Source of the DNA: Dudresnaya verticillata
Taxonomy: Eukaryota
Reading direction: 5' to 3'
NCBI GenBank assembly: GCA_977862235.1
Contig: OZ374560.1
Location: forward strand, 620,001-684,000
DNA length: 64,000 nucleotides
The notes under the pieces are model-generated. The model did no database searches, had not been told where the DNA came from, and worked only from the letters and a program-made list of their open reading frames with translations. Made by a program: the position numbers and the translations under genes. Within the stretch, counting starts at the first letter, position 1, and every line of letters begins with the position of its first letter. Below, piece by piece: positions 35,187 to 47,856 of this stretch.

Positions 35187-36669
35187 AGCCTGTAGTTGGC
35201 GTCCAGAAGGGGAACGAGAAACGCCCGGAATCCAGAAAATGGTCAAGACCGAGAAACGCCGGGTAGGGTTCAATCAGGGGTGCCCTGCTATTCAGGGGAC
35301 CAATAAATAGGGCTTGTTCCCGTGCTAATACTAGCTAATACAGTGTACTGTGCACAAATCACATTGAGCAATGGGTGGCGGATTCATGCCCCTGTGGCGT
35401 ATAATCGGGAAATATCCCAGCGCCACACCAATGATCTTACGTCAATTGCGCGTCTGAGACGCAGGTCAGTTCGGGGCAGGCGCCAATCACATGTCTCATC
35501 CTGGCGAAGTCCAGCAATGACAGCGTCTTACAGGGCATTGGCCCGTTACGACTTACAGCCTAGTATGCCCACTTGGCACAAATCACCGTTGTGCCACAAG
35601 AGAGGGTGGAAAGGAAAACGCCCTGCCTTCTTCCTCCGCGTCGCGGCGGAGCAGACGCATTTAGCAGCGTCCATCTCTGTTTCTCGCGGGCGCAGCTGTT
35701 TCGGGTACAGCTACTAGTAGCTGGAAGCGAGGTGCTGGAGACATTGGCTTGAAATGCTCCTGTTACATTTGGAGCTGGATATCAGCTCCCGGTGACGGAA
35801 ATCTATTTCCTCAATGATACCAAAATCATCCAAATGAGGACCAAGCCATGCGGCCTCTTTCATTGTCGAAAGGGATGTAACACACAGGAAGGAGCCGGTT
35901 AAGCAAATCGCGCGATCGTGGTGACCACAAGATCCCAGACCTGCAATTCCGGTTAACCGGTAACGATGGTTGAAGCCAGCAATTAAAGCCGAGTAGATAT
36001 TGGGCTAAGGAGTTGAGCGAATGAAAACAACTAGACCGCGGACGTCGAACAAAGTCGGTGATCGAAGTGTGCACACGAAGTGTAGTTCTGGCATGTTAGA
36101 TATCACCGAGTTATACTGCACGATAAGTAAGCCGACATTAAAACAACCACGCAAACAGGACTCTTTAAAAGCCGCAATACGAATGGAACGTGAGGAAGTC
36201 GCGCAGTTTGCTGGTATCGGAACCTGCAATGCGTCCACCAATCGCGAGACTATGCGATCACAGACAGCAGGTTTTCCAAAGTTACTTGTCCGAAGTGTCG
36301 CGTTGTTGCAGCCAATGTGCCCGCAGATCTCAGCAAGAGTAAAGAAAGCCGGGAACGGATTGAGAAACAAAACAACGCGCGCCTAATCGGCGAGCTTGGT
36401 CCTTGGGGTAGCCTTTCAAAGTTGTCACTGTGTTTCAAACTGTCCGTAGACGAAGAACGCCTCCGGGTCGTTCGATCCGGGTGGATAGCACGGTGGTAGT
36501 GTGGCATAGCTGTAAGACCAACGGTGCCACGCATACGCAGCTGTAAGACCAGCTGCGCCGCGCACGCGGCTTTAAGACCAGCCACTCTGTGCGCACGCTG
36601 TCAGCCGGTGGCCCCGAAGCCCCGCTGACGCTGTAAGCCAGTGCCCTGTGGCTTCCACGCGTACGCGCC

Positions 36670-38603
36670 ATGATGCCCGCTGCTGATCCGGGGTTAGCGC
36701 CCACGCCACGATGGCGACGACGGGCGCGCTGGGCCCTGGCCATGTCGGCCATAGAGGAAAACCCAGAGCGCTCGACGCGCTCCCGTCGGTCTCGAGCGCC
36801 GCGGTTGCGCTGGATCTTATAGAGAGCTCCTGTCACTGGCATGAAGCCACACACAAACGCGTTGACGTGTGAGGAGAATTGACAACTCCGCGTGTGCTTC
36901 TCGGTCCCAGCTGCAACCCGGGGGACTACGCCGAGCAGCTCGCCAAACCCAAAGGACTTGCCATCCGAAGGACGTCGCAAGTCGGGAAACACGGCCTCCC
37001 GCTCGACCAGCCTGTCGCGAGGAATTTAATCAGGCGGTCGTCGAAGACCCAGCCTGTCCCCTTAGCGAGGAGCTCGCTGCAGTAGCGGGGACCAACCTCG
37101 AAAGCGTACTCATCTGAGCGTCTAGCCAGGAGCTCACGACGAGCAGCTACGCGACCAGTCTTCGCGTAGTGGAAGCACCGATCGACGGTCGTCCACGGGA
37201 CAGTGAGTCCCGATGGCGTATCGCGGTGGGAGTACCACTCCGACGACGGGAACCAGGACGCGTCGAGCGCCGGGTGCAACTTGCACCCCTTTGACGGGCG
37301 GCCTTCCCCCAGGGCCTTGCACACGTCCCAATCCCGCTCCCCGCAGCATACCCCAAAGGGACGGCTCGCAGAGTCCGCATCGGCCATACGATGCGCGGGA
37401 TCCACGGGTTCGTTGACGGGAAAAGTGCGCATCTCTGGGATGGTGGCGGGTAGGGTCGGGGCCCACTCATCGGCGGGTGTCAGGAAGAGGGTATCGGCTG
37501 CCCTATCCACCCGTCGAAGCTCCCGAAGGGAGGCGACGTAAGAAATCTCGCACGGAAACCCCAGCGGCATGAGCCAGACTATGGCATACGACGGGAGGAA
37601 GGTGGCACAGGCTGCCGCCCTTCCGTCCACACTAGCGTGGGCCACTCTCAGGGACGCCGAATGTCGGCTCGGGTCTCCTGCAGCCCGCGCCACTGGTCCA
37701 GAGGGATCTGGTGGCGCGGCGCCCTCTAGGCGAAGACCGTCTCGGTCGGGGGTGTGTGCTGGCCAGGAGGAGCCTGGCCCATGAGGGGCGGTCCGACTGA
37801 GACCGACACCCCACTAAGAGGAACGACGGGTGCGGCTGCGGACTCATCCCCGTCCGCGACCTCCCCCTCCGCGCTGGCAGAGGCCACGAGAGACGGGGTC
37901 GGGCCCGTCGACGGCCCCACGCCTGCCTAATCACGCGGCTCGAAGGGTGCCGCCGCTTCGGGGACCTTCCCCGAACCGGAAGGCGTCGGTGACCTCGAAC
38001 GGCTAAGGTCGAGTACCCTCGCCACACTTGGTGCCGCGGGGCGCGAAGGCCCCGCGGTTACCTCTCCCCGCGTCGACGCGGGTTCAGCGCTCCTGTGGGC
38101 AGTGCGCCCCGCACGAGATGGGCCGGTCGACTGGAAGACCCGAGCAGCCGCTACTGAGCGAGGGGCGGCAGATGCCGGCCCACTCGGGTCCTTCACTCTC
38201 TTTCCCTGCTCCGACGCGAGGCTACCGCCTCCGACCAGGCGTCGGTAGCCGTCCTCGGGACCGGGTGGGCGTCGACGCCACGCACCTACCGACACCTCTG
38301 TGACAGTAGGCGCGACAGACGTCCATGGGGCCCCGGGCGCGACAGGCGATTGTTGCGCCTCTTGTGGCAGGGCCGCCGACGGCCGTGACTCTTCTTGGGT
38401 AACCGCTTTCGGTTACACTTCTGCGGGAGCTGCCGCCGAAGGCCGCTCCTTCTCAGGCCGGGCTGTCGAAGGCCGCGCCTGCCCACCGATAGGCCCCTCA
38501 AGCGCCGGCTCGGTGGGGCCCCCATGTCAGACGATGGCGTGGGTGGCACAGTCGGCACCCCCTCGGCGGGGGCGTCACTCTTGCGGGTAGCTCGCTTCCC
38601 CAT
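36670..38603 (-). pseudogene. Antisense accessory ORF (frameshifted, C-terminus lost)
   Basis: ATG 38603 MGKRATRK.., low-complexity N-terminus, then MPLGFPCEISYV, SWFPSSEWY, RRSDEYAFEVG and FPDL motifs shared with 24463-25701. Confidence 0.85.
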
Positions 38604-38938
38604 CGTCGCATCGACGCTGACGATGTCGGGAATAGAGAACGATAGTACAAGTCGAAGCGGAAACTGTTGAGCGTATGGCACTGGTCGACAGGCAGCTGTA
38701 CGCGCAGGGGCGTTGGTGGTCGTGGTGAGCGATGACCAGATCACCCCCCTCGGAGTCGCAGAGGCGGCTCTCTAAATAGCCCGTCGCGGCTCAGCCCAGG
38801 CACACCCGACGAGGAATCAACGCCCGTCACCGACGGACGCCCAGGGCCCGCTGGCCAATCCCGGGCGCCGTCTTGGCCACCCCACAGCGTGCGCGTTGTA
38901 ACGGTCGCGACCAAGGCGTTCGCGCTTGAGGGGGGTTG

Positions 38939-39788
38939 CGTGGCGTAGCCGTAAGACTAGCGGTGCCACGCATGCGCAGCTGTAAGAACAGCTGCGCCGG
39001 GAACGCGGCTGTAAGACCAGCCGCTCTGTGTGCACGCTCTCAACGGGTGGGGCCGAAGCCCGGCTGGCGCTGTAAGTCAATGCGCTGCGGCGCCCATGCG
39101 TACGAGTGTGACACTGACACTCTCGTGTAATTTCTACGTTTCTTTTTGTGTGTACTGTGCTATACCATCTAGTGTAAGCGGCGGTCGAACGCCCTGCTGT
39201 CCCACGCGCCGCACCCACGCACTCCAGCGTAGAGCCGTGGAGTGCAGGACACCCTCGCGCGCACTCCGGCGTCGAGCCGTACTACGTGGGGACCGTTTCG
39301 CCCGTGCGCGCCCCCAGGTTGCCGTTACCCGTACGCGTCGACGCGTGTCGGGGCGCGCTGTCGCACCTCCTGCGTTGGTGCCGCCGCCGGCCCTGTAGTC
39401 TATTTAGTGGTCGCCCCTCTGGACTTCAGTAAACAAAGGCAAGCCAGCCTACGCCAGGCTTGCCCCTTTCTGCTTTGGGTTTCTTTTCCAATCCTTCGCC
39501 CTATGGCTTCCCTCTTTCCCTAGCCGCCTAGGCGTTCCTTTTCCTTTCCCTACTGTCGGCTTCGTGCCGCCCCACGACGGGGACGCAGGGATCCGGCCGC
39601 TGCAGTCTGCGTATGGTACGCCCCGTGCGCGCTCAGGCTTGGACGCCGTTGATCCTCGACCGTCGACGGCGCGCACGGCCCACACCACTGCTCTACCAAT
39701 ACCAGCTACCCCCGCCCATAGACGGATCTGGGTGTGACGACGAGACCAGCCGCGCTAGACGTCAGTTCGACCTGAGGTCTATGCAACA
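38939..39788 (+). repeat. 3' LTR (family C, ~850 bp)
   Basis: (C)GTGGCGTAG...CTATGCAACA; highly similar to 44113-44947. Confidence 0.9.
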
Positions 39789-42566
39789 GGTAGCGAGAAT
39801 GTGGTAGAGCCAAGGGAACACGCAGAGGGCGGACTGCAAACGCCCTGGGCGGTAAAAGCGGAAACAGAGCAACCAAAAGGGAAAAGAGAGAGACGCTTCG
39901 GGTGCGAAGACTGACGCGGAAGCGCGGGCGGGGCTGCGCTTTTGCCTTCGGCATTAGGGAAAAGTACGCACTAGCGAAGGGGCTTCAGGTTTGAGGCCAG
40001 CTTGCCGGGGTTTACTCAATGTCTCAGACGGGTTACCTAATGTACTATCACTATGATGCGGGCGCCGGCGGCGTGGCGTAGTGCGCGGGAACTCAGGAGG
40101 CTTGTCACGCCACGCCGCGTCTGACACGTCCTCGTACTCGTGCAGCAGCGTACCCGAGCGTAAGGAGTAGCTTACAGACGCGCGCGCGTGTAGCGAGTAG
40201 CTTACATGTGCGCGTGCACAGCGGTGTGGGTGATCCGGATTCGGATCCCTATCCCTACCAGCATTTCAGGCGCGTGGTCATTACAGGCGCATGCCTTACA
40301 TTGCAACAGATCCCGATGCCTGATCCAGATCCAATCCGGATCTATACCAGACCTACAGATGCGCTCCTTACACCTCATTGATCCCGATGGGTGGTCCAGA
40401 TGCGTGCCGAGCCGAGCGTACAGTTCTCCAGGCGCCATGCCCGTGGCGGTTGCGGCGTCCGTACGCCGTTGGGCCAGTCGTCCGCGACGTGTTCGCGCGC
40501 GCCAAAGGCGGTTGGGATTGCAGTCAGTCGACGTCTTATTACACGCTCAGAGCGAAAACGGGTCCACCCCCCTTGAACCACAGTCACAACGACTGCCCAA
40601 CCCCATTCATCGAGCATGATATCATCGCATGAGAGATTCACGAATGAGGAAGCGCGTAAACCATGCGCTCTGGCAACAACAATCATGGTTGCGTCTCTCA
40701 AAATGGCATTGTCCTCGGTTTCCATACCGATGCTGACAACTGCAACAATAATGTACGCAGGGAGACCAATTCGTACAGTTGATATCCGTGAGTCGTCTGA
40801 GGAATCCCAAGCCTTGTAGGCGCGAAACTTTTCTTTAAAAGCGAAGCACTCGGACACTGTAGATAACCGCGGATGTCCCAAAGCCAACAGGCGTGTCCGT
40901 ATTCCTGACAGATAACCCGGTAGAGGCGAAGCGGTAATAAAGGTTTCTGCTACACGCAATCTGTTCTCATGAAGCGCACCGATCCAACAGGCGCCAATAA
41001 TGCCGTAAATCAGTACGATTTCGGGCCCCAACCAAAAGGAATAGCCACACACTGATAGTAGCAACCGTTGTAGCTGAACTGGAAATCGTCCCACATATCC
41101 GGGTGGAGACGCAAGTGACGATAGCCGGACTTGACGTCGAAGGAGGTCATGCGGTCGTCCTTCTGCACTAAAGAACAAAACGCGGCCGCGCCCTACATCC
41201 AAGTCGGTCTCTTGGCGTAGAACTTGGACTGCCGATTCAGGCAGATCACACATCAGCCTTCTTCCACCCCGCCATTTTCCTGCCGCACAGTGAACGCCAA
41301 AGATATGAGCCGACCGGCCTTCCGCACGCGTTCCATGTCTTCCTCGGTTATTTTTCTGTAACATTGATTCTCTGATCACAAAACCTTCTCTAAATCGGCT
41401 TCCCCAAATTGGAATGATCGAAATTATTGCGGTTTAGGGGCCATTTCCGGCAGCCCGTGTCGCGACATTCTGGTATGTCCGGAACACCATGCCGAAGTAC
41501 CGAGAGCATTTCTGAAGAAATGCTCGTCATCGCACGCCAGTGGCGTGATACCAACGCTACCAAGTTGTAGAATGGCACTTTCCTCTCCGACATGAATTGG
41601 GGCCGGCTCGAAGTAATTAAGACTTCTTCGCAACAGACTCTGACTGCACCGCTTTTCCACTGACGACTGCCCACTAGAAAAGGCGTCGGAATAGACCCCC
41701 AGCGACGAAGTTTCGAAAGCCTCGGCTAATGATTTTGCGACCATGATACCATTCTCCTCGACGTGGGAGAAATAGTTAAACCTATCCAGCTGGATCTGGT
41801 CACGGTGCGCTTAAGAGCCCACGAAAAGCCAAAATAGATAGCATGGTCTTCGGACATGTCTTCACCAATTGGAAAAGCCTTTTGTCTCGCGGTCTCAGAA
41901 ATGCCATGCCACAAGCCCGAGGAACTGAGGTACTGATACGCATGATTAGCTGCACTAAGCAAGGATTGTGAAAGCCTGGTCTGGAAGTCGTCTTCGCACT
42001 TGAGGAACCCTGGGCATCGACGCCCCATCCTCGTGAGTGTGAATGGGTAGTTACGCATCCGAATGGTGATACACTTCTCATGTGACTCCAAAACATTTGC
42101 GTAGAAGCCCAGACGGGTATCGTCCCGACCAGCAAGCGCTTCGAGAAAGCATCGCTGTATAGTTTTTCCGATTCAGTGGCCTTTGACATGAACTGGTCAA
42201 GAGTAGTTGCCATTACTTTGGGCGATGGCGGTGAACTCATAACGGTGAGCGGTCGAAATGTAGGCTACAACCGACGTGAGTCGGCTATTTTCCTTCTGCG
42301 AAGGAAAAAGCCCTGCCTTCTTCCTCCGCGTCGTGGCGGAGCAGACGCATTTAGCAGTGTCCATCTCTTTTGCTCGCGGGCGCGACTGTCTCGGGTGCAG
42401 CTACTGGAACCGAGACGCTGGAGGCATTGGCTTGAAGTGCTCCTGTTACATGTGGAGCTGGGCATCAGCTCCCGGCGACAGAAATCCATTTCATCAATGA
42501 TACCAAAATCATCCAAATGAAAACTTTCTCCCTTTTTTCCGAGGGCGGCGACATGTTCAATACGGT

Positions 42567-42970
42567 GTGCTCGAAACGCTGACCATGACTGATGTACCCG
42601 ATGACACGAATCCGGTTACCATGCTTGCTGTTCGCAGCGCCTGGGCGACTGGAAAACCGAAACGCATCGATTATGGGGCCGTGGTGACCGAGATGAGCTT
42701 CGCAAGGAAAGGTAGAGGAGGGAGATATCTTCTAAACGTGGCCCACATGTACCCGTTACTTTGGGTACTTGAAGCCTCCTACCGATTCCTCTATTTCGAA
42801 GCCCAAACATTTTTTGATGGCGGCATTTTCTATCATGGTCCAAATGTACCCGATACTCACTTTGGGTACTCCAAGCCACCTACCGATGCTTTTATTTCGG
42901 AGCTCAAGCATAGGGATCGACGATCGATTAAAGAGTGGGAATACCTTAATACAGCTGCGGTGCAATTCAA
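42567..42970 (+). pseudogene. Fragment resembling ORF1 (gag-like) of a DIRS-like element
   Basis: DAFISELKHRDRRSIKEWEYLNTA resembles DDFQTRLSQSLLSAANHAYQYLSSS in 41726-42091(-); weak, by-eye match. Confidence 0.35.
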
Positions 42971-44112
42971 CTACGCTCATTTGCGACAAATCAAGGACTC
43001 ACCCCCGGCAATGACACAGGGAAACTCCTCTGTAAGGCGTCCGGCTTTACATATCCCGACTCCCGCTGCCAGCAAGTATGGCCCCTCAAGACGACAACGG
43101 GCGCACGTGTGCGCATGTGCGCCCTCGGTGCCCGCTATAAGCCCAACAGTCGGGGTTCTGACGGTTGATATTTTGTAGATAACTATGTATTTATGCGCGC
43201 CACGCAATGCCAAGTAGCGCGGCCTCCCTTCACTACTGTATTCCGCTGCCGCGGCGCGCCCGCCTTGTAGATAGTATATTAGAGCTAGTGACGCGCCCTC
43301 ATTGAGTAAACCAGCCAAATTCGGGCTCTACGACACACACCTCCGTACCCTTGACCGACAACTTCGTCGTGAGGAGGGATTGCAGTGCCTGCGTACCCGT
43401 CTTTATCATACAGAACCCTGTTTTCCCCTTTTTATTCGTTTTTCCTCTATTGTAGGGTTCCTTCCTCCTTCTCTGTCTTTTGCTGTTTTACAGTCGCACC
43501 AAGGGGCATTCCAAAGCTCTACTAAACATCCCTTGCTACCCACAGGTCACCGAACAGCCCGAGGTGTATCCTCTGTTGCGATTACTCCAGTGGATTTCAC
43601 CACAGCGGCAGGTGTGTGGGCCGAGACTGGTTTGTCTGCGTGGAGTGTGGCAAAAAAGACAAAAGGAAATATATAAACATTTCGAAGACGTTTGGTAGTG
43701 TCAACAAAGTCGTTCAAAGCAGTTCTAGAAGTCTTGCGTATGTGGGTGTGATACAACGAATAGTCCACAGTGAAGCAAGGAAGTGTCAAACTGTAAGCGG
43801 TGGCCTCGGAGCCAAACTAGTGGGTTAGTAGTCAAAGAAAAACGACGAAAGAAAAAGGGGTGGTGGCGTGGTAGCGCAGGGCGACTGACGCCGAGGACCA
43901 AGGCTTCAACGAATACGTGTGCGGAAGGGCGAACTGCGAGCTAATGATCACTGGGGAAAACCGGGTGCCCCGAGGCTATCGAAAGGGAGACTCAACTGTA
44001 TTCATTAACACGCAATCAAAGGCACCGAAACCCGGAGAAAAAGAATTTACCGAAGACTCCGGGATCTGGGCGCTGGTCGCTCACCGGGAACCCTCGGAGG
44101 TCGTGCCGGAAG

Positions 44113-44947
44113 TGTGGCATAGCTATAAGACCAGCTGTGCCACGCACGCGCAACTGTAAGACAAGCTGCGCCACGTGTGCACCGCTGTGCGCACGCTGTC
44201 AGCCGGTGGCGCCGAAGCCCCGCTGAACTGTAAGGAAGTGCGCAGTGGCGCCCGCGCGTGCACGTGTACGCGTGTGACACTGAAACTCCCATGTAACTTC
44301 TACGTTTATTTTTGTGTAGTGTACAGCACTATCTAGTGTAAGCGGCGTTCGAACGCCCTGCTGTCCTGCGCGCCGTGCGCGCGCACTCCAGCGTAGAGGC
44401 GTTGAGTGCGTGACACGAGCGCGCGTACTCTGGCGTCGAGCCGTTGAGTACGTGGGGACCGTTTCGCCCACGCGCGCCCCCGGGTTACCGTTACCCGTAC
44501 GCGTCGACGCGTGTCGGGGCGCACCGGCGCACCTCCTGCGTTGGTGCCGCCGCAGGCCCTGTAGTCTACTTAGTAGTCGCCCCTCTGGGCTTGAGTAAAC
44601 AAAGACAAGCCAGCCTACGCCAGGCTTGCCCCTTTCTGCTTTGGGTTTCTTTTCCAATCCTTCGCCCTATGGCTTCCCTCTTTCCCTAGCCGCCTAGGCT
44701 TTCCTTTCCTTTCCCTACCGTCGGCTTCGTGCCGCCCCACGACGGGGACGCGGGGATCCGGCCGCTGCAGTCTGCGTTTGGTACGCCCCATGCGCGCTCA
44801 GGCTTGGACGCCGTTGATCCTCGACCGTCGACGGCGCGTGTGGCCGACACTACCGCTCTACCACCACCGCTACCACCCTTCGACGGGTCTGGGTGCGACT
44901 ACGAGACCAGCCGCGCTAGACGTCAGTTCGACCGGACGTCTATGCCA
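44113..44947 (+). repeat. Solo LTR (family C) inserted in a family A LTR
   Basis: TGTGGCATAG...CTATGCCA; TSD GGAAG (44108-44112, 44948-44952). Confidence 0.9.
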
Positions 44948-45352
44948 GGAAGACTTCGAGTGCTATCAATGTACTCGGGTATGCACGCGCGTTAACTCGA
45001 AAAACGGCTCGTACCCAACTAATACGTAACGGCCTCGGAGCCTGCGAACGGTCGCCTCACTTATAATCGTGGTTACGTAGTGCCAGCAACGTAAACGGAG
45101 GCGCACGCGCATCGTGGACCTCGGAGCCGTTCGCGCAAGAAAGAAGCGGGAAAACACGGAGATGTGAGCGATTTTATATACAGTACCGCACTGTAATGCC
45201 AATGCCATCGTGGCGCGGGTATTCCCGAAGTCACTTCGAAATTGGTATTTTCTCGATTATTTTCCACGTATTTCGCGGAGTCGATATGCTGACAGCCCTT
45301 ACACCACACGGCCACTTCTAAAGAGCGGACGTCCCGGTCGCATGTTACGAAT

Positions 45353-46198
45353 TGTGGTGCACAGCATCGGCGTGACCTACATTCGCCGAGAGGCGCTGAT
45401 ATAGCGTCTATGACGGGCATGTGTCACCAACGGCGGTTTGACTCTCGTTTTCTGACGTAGAGCGAAAACGCCTGAGGTAGGTTGTAACCGCCTACGACGT
45501 CTGCGGCGCGCAGTCGCCACAGAGCGACGTGCACCAGCCGAAACGCGATCCACCGATCGAGATCGCACCAGGTGTCACACGTGTCTTGCACACGAGGGCA
45601 GAGGTGTAAGTGTGCCGGAGTTACTACGTTGTAAGGCGCGCGCCCGTAAGGCTGATCAGGATCGGGATCCGTATTCGGATCGGCAACAGGACAAATGTAC
45701 TCGAGCCTGTAAGCAACAGGCGTGGCCACGTGTGTCTGAAAGTACGAGCGGCGCACGAGACGACAGCGGAGAGTCTGTCAGGAGCACGGCTGCATGGCAC
45801 CGCGTTTGTCAGACGCAGTGTGGAGCGACGCGTGTCCTGATTTCCCGCGCGTCGCCATACTACTGCAGCCGCCCGCGTAAGCATAGTAATACATAGGTAA
45901 CCCGTCTAGGATGTCGCAGTAAAACCTGGCAAGCCGGCCTTGGTCCAGACTACCCTTCCTGTGAAGCGCGTACCTTTTCTGTTACCCTGAGGCTCAAGCG
46001 TCTATCCAAATGTGCTTCCATGCTCAGACCCGTCGTTGAAGAGTTCCTCTTTGTTTCCTTTTGTTCTTTCTTTCCGCCTGGAGCGTTTAAATTCCGCCCA
46101 AGGCGCTGCTACCGGTTCTATGACGATCATCCAAGGCGTTGCTACCCTCCGAGCCCCGGACTGCTCGGATACTCCGCGTCTACGGCGTTTGCACCACA
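45353..46198 (+). repeat. Solo LTR (family B-related, 846 bp)
   Basis: TGTGGTGCA...TGCACCACA perfect 9-bp termini; TSD CGAAT (45348-45352, 46199-46203). Confidence 0.92.
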
Positions 46199-47842
46199 CG
46201 AATTACGAATTTACGTGGCCCGGTTTCCTTCGGAGGAGCCTGTGCGTGGCCACCCGAGTGGCAGCCCGGCGGTTCATCCAGCGTTGTCCGTGTTACGCTT
46301 GGGTCCGGACCCCTCGATCTCCGTCATCGCACTCTTCAGTCTTAACTCTGTGGAATGCAGTCTGCTGGTTTTTTGTTCTCTCCTTGAGGGATCGTGCGCT
46401 TCGTGGCGACTGTCGCGCATTGCTTCGTAGCATCCTCGTCTCCCGCTCTTTAGCGCCCGTGCTTGTCACTTCGCAGCCTCGTGTCGATATTAGCCTCGCT
46501 CCGGAGTGTAGCTGACTCGGGTCGGCTTCGTGCGATCTGTTGTTCCGTTGGCTTTGATGGTTAACCACGAATCCGTGGCATCCGGTTTTGATCTTTGTGA
46601 CCCGAATTTGCTGGTCCTCCGCGGGATACGCCTTCGGGATTCGTACGATTTTCTTTCCTCCAGCATCGTACCTATACTCACGAGGATAGTCACGTAGGTG
46701 GGTAGCCTCGTAGCTTCTTGTAAACTAGTACGGAGTTCGGAGTCCGATTGACCATCACTTGTAGACTTAGCCTCCGAACGATTGCGGAAGTCACGAAATC
46801 GTTGATCCTGAATCTTCATATTTTTGCCACTCGATTCGCCTTAATTTGATTTACCGAGGACGAAAATGTCCGCGGCCACGCTGCGCGAGGCGCGTCACGA
46901 TTTCGGGCTCCTCAGTGAGCATCGAGAGGGTCTCGAGGATCATGTAGAGGTGTAAGGATGAGCAACGAGGCTCCTACTTCGAAATGGCCTGAACATACGG
47001 GCAAACGATGCAATGCAAAGCTATTCCCGGTTCCCGACATCGGGGTGTGCCAAACGAAACTATTAGTCGTAAAACAGACTCGGCTTGGAATTCGGATATC
47101 GCTACAGCCTCGGGAAACATGGGCATCAAACGCAATGGGCCCCGGAGCTCATGTTGACGGATGGCGTGCATGCGAGTGCAAGCGCTGCAATGCGCGCTAT
47201 ACGGAGTCTCGAGATGGTCCGACTCCGGCAAACCGCGTGTTGTGATTCGGAATTGAATTAGACTTCATCGTCCGTGAAGACCGCCAGAAGAACGGATGGA
47301 TGATGGATTTGAAATCGCAGCTTCGCTTCTCGAACGGCGGGGAGGCGGATGCAAACTTTGCAAAACAGTGATTTCGAACGGTCAGGGGACACAACATGCA
47401 AATTCGAACTAGACCGTGGAATCTCGAGTTGCCTTCGACAATAGCAATCGGTAGGGAATGTAAACGTGTAATGAGCTGTCCGATGAAAACCCGGGCTTGT
47501 ATTCATGAATGGCCGGCGGCCGACTGCGATCGACGCAGTATTGTTGTGAAACATGATGCTCAGAATCGAGCTACTGATTTTGCAGCGCACTCTATCCGAT
47601 TAGTCTGGTTGGGTACTGTTGCATGTCAGATTCATATCGGTACGGGTGAGACCTGTTGCATGTCAACTTCCTACCTGTGCTGATTAGTTGTAGATACACT
47701 TTCCCTTTGTAATGTTTAGTACTTAAGCGAGTACTCTACACTCTTCCCAATAATGAGAGACGAGATGTGCCCGCTCCGAAGTAAAACCTTTCCCGTCTGT
47801 TTCCTGATACCGCTACCGTGATACCGTCAATCTCCTTTCCCA

Positions 47843-47856
47843 AGTTATGGGCCCAG
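47843..47856 (+). other. Primer-binding site for a cleaved (half) initiator tRNA-Met
   Basis: AGTTATGGGCCCAG directly after the LTR-terminal CA; the copia-type GGTTATGGGCCCAG pairs with the tRNAiMet anticodon arm. Confidence 0.85.

Larger units (their letters stand above)
36500..39788 (+). mobile_element. Internally deleted Gypsy element (LTR family C): partial 5' LTR, antisense ORF, PPT, 3' LTR; no gag or pol
   Basis: TSD GGTAG (36495-36499, 39789-39793); 36500-~36669 matches the start of LTR 38939-39788; PPT GAGGGGGG at ~38928. Confidence 0.88.
36429..40582 (-). repeat. Solo LTR (family B-related), itself interrupted by 36500-39788
   Basis: TGTGTTTCAA...TTGAACCACA; TSD GTCAC (36424-36428, 40583-40587); reverse-complement similarity to 5524-6359. 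Confidence 0.88.
36080..41100 (-). pseudogene. Tyrosine recombinase in two pieces (about 41100-40588 and 36428-36080)
   Basis: GYLSGIRTR..LRDATMIVVARAHGLRASS..VVVT|TLKG joins in frame across TSD GTCAC; C-terminal LQVPIPANCATSSRSIR (degenerate SSHSLR). Confidence 0.8.
35611..42520 (-). mobile_element. Decayed DIRS-order (tyrosine recombinase) retroelement bounded by ~220-bp direct repeats, interrupted by nested LTR insertions
   Basis: Direct repeats 35611-35837 and 42301-42520; ORF1-like remnants 41400-42240; RT N-terminal remnant WRAMTSISSEMLSVLRHGV; YR gene split by 36429-40582. Confidence 0.7.

Noticed and set aside
40375..41379. 334-aa ORF as an intact recombinase
   Set aside because: Chimeric: RT remnant, YR middle and read-through into the inserted LTR
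43000..43556. LTR-like segment ending GAACA
   Set aside because: No defined start or TSD
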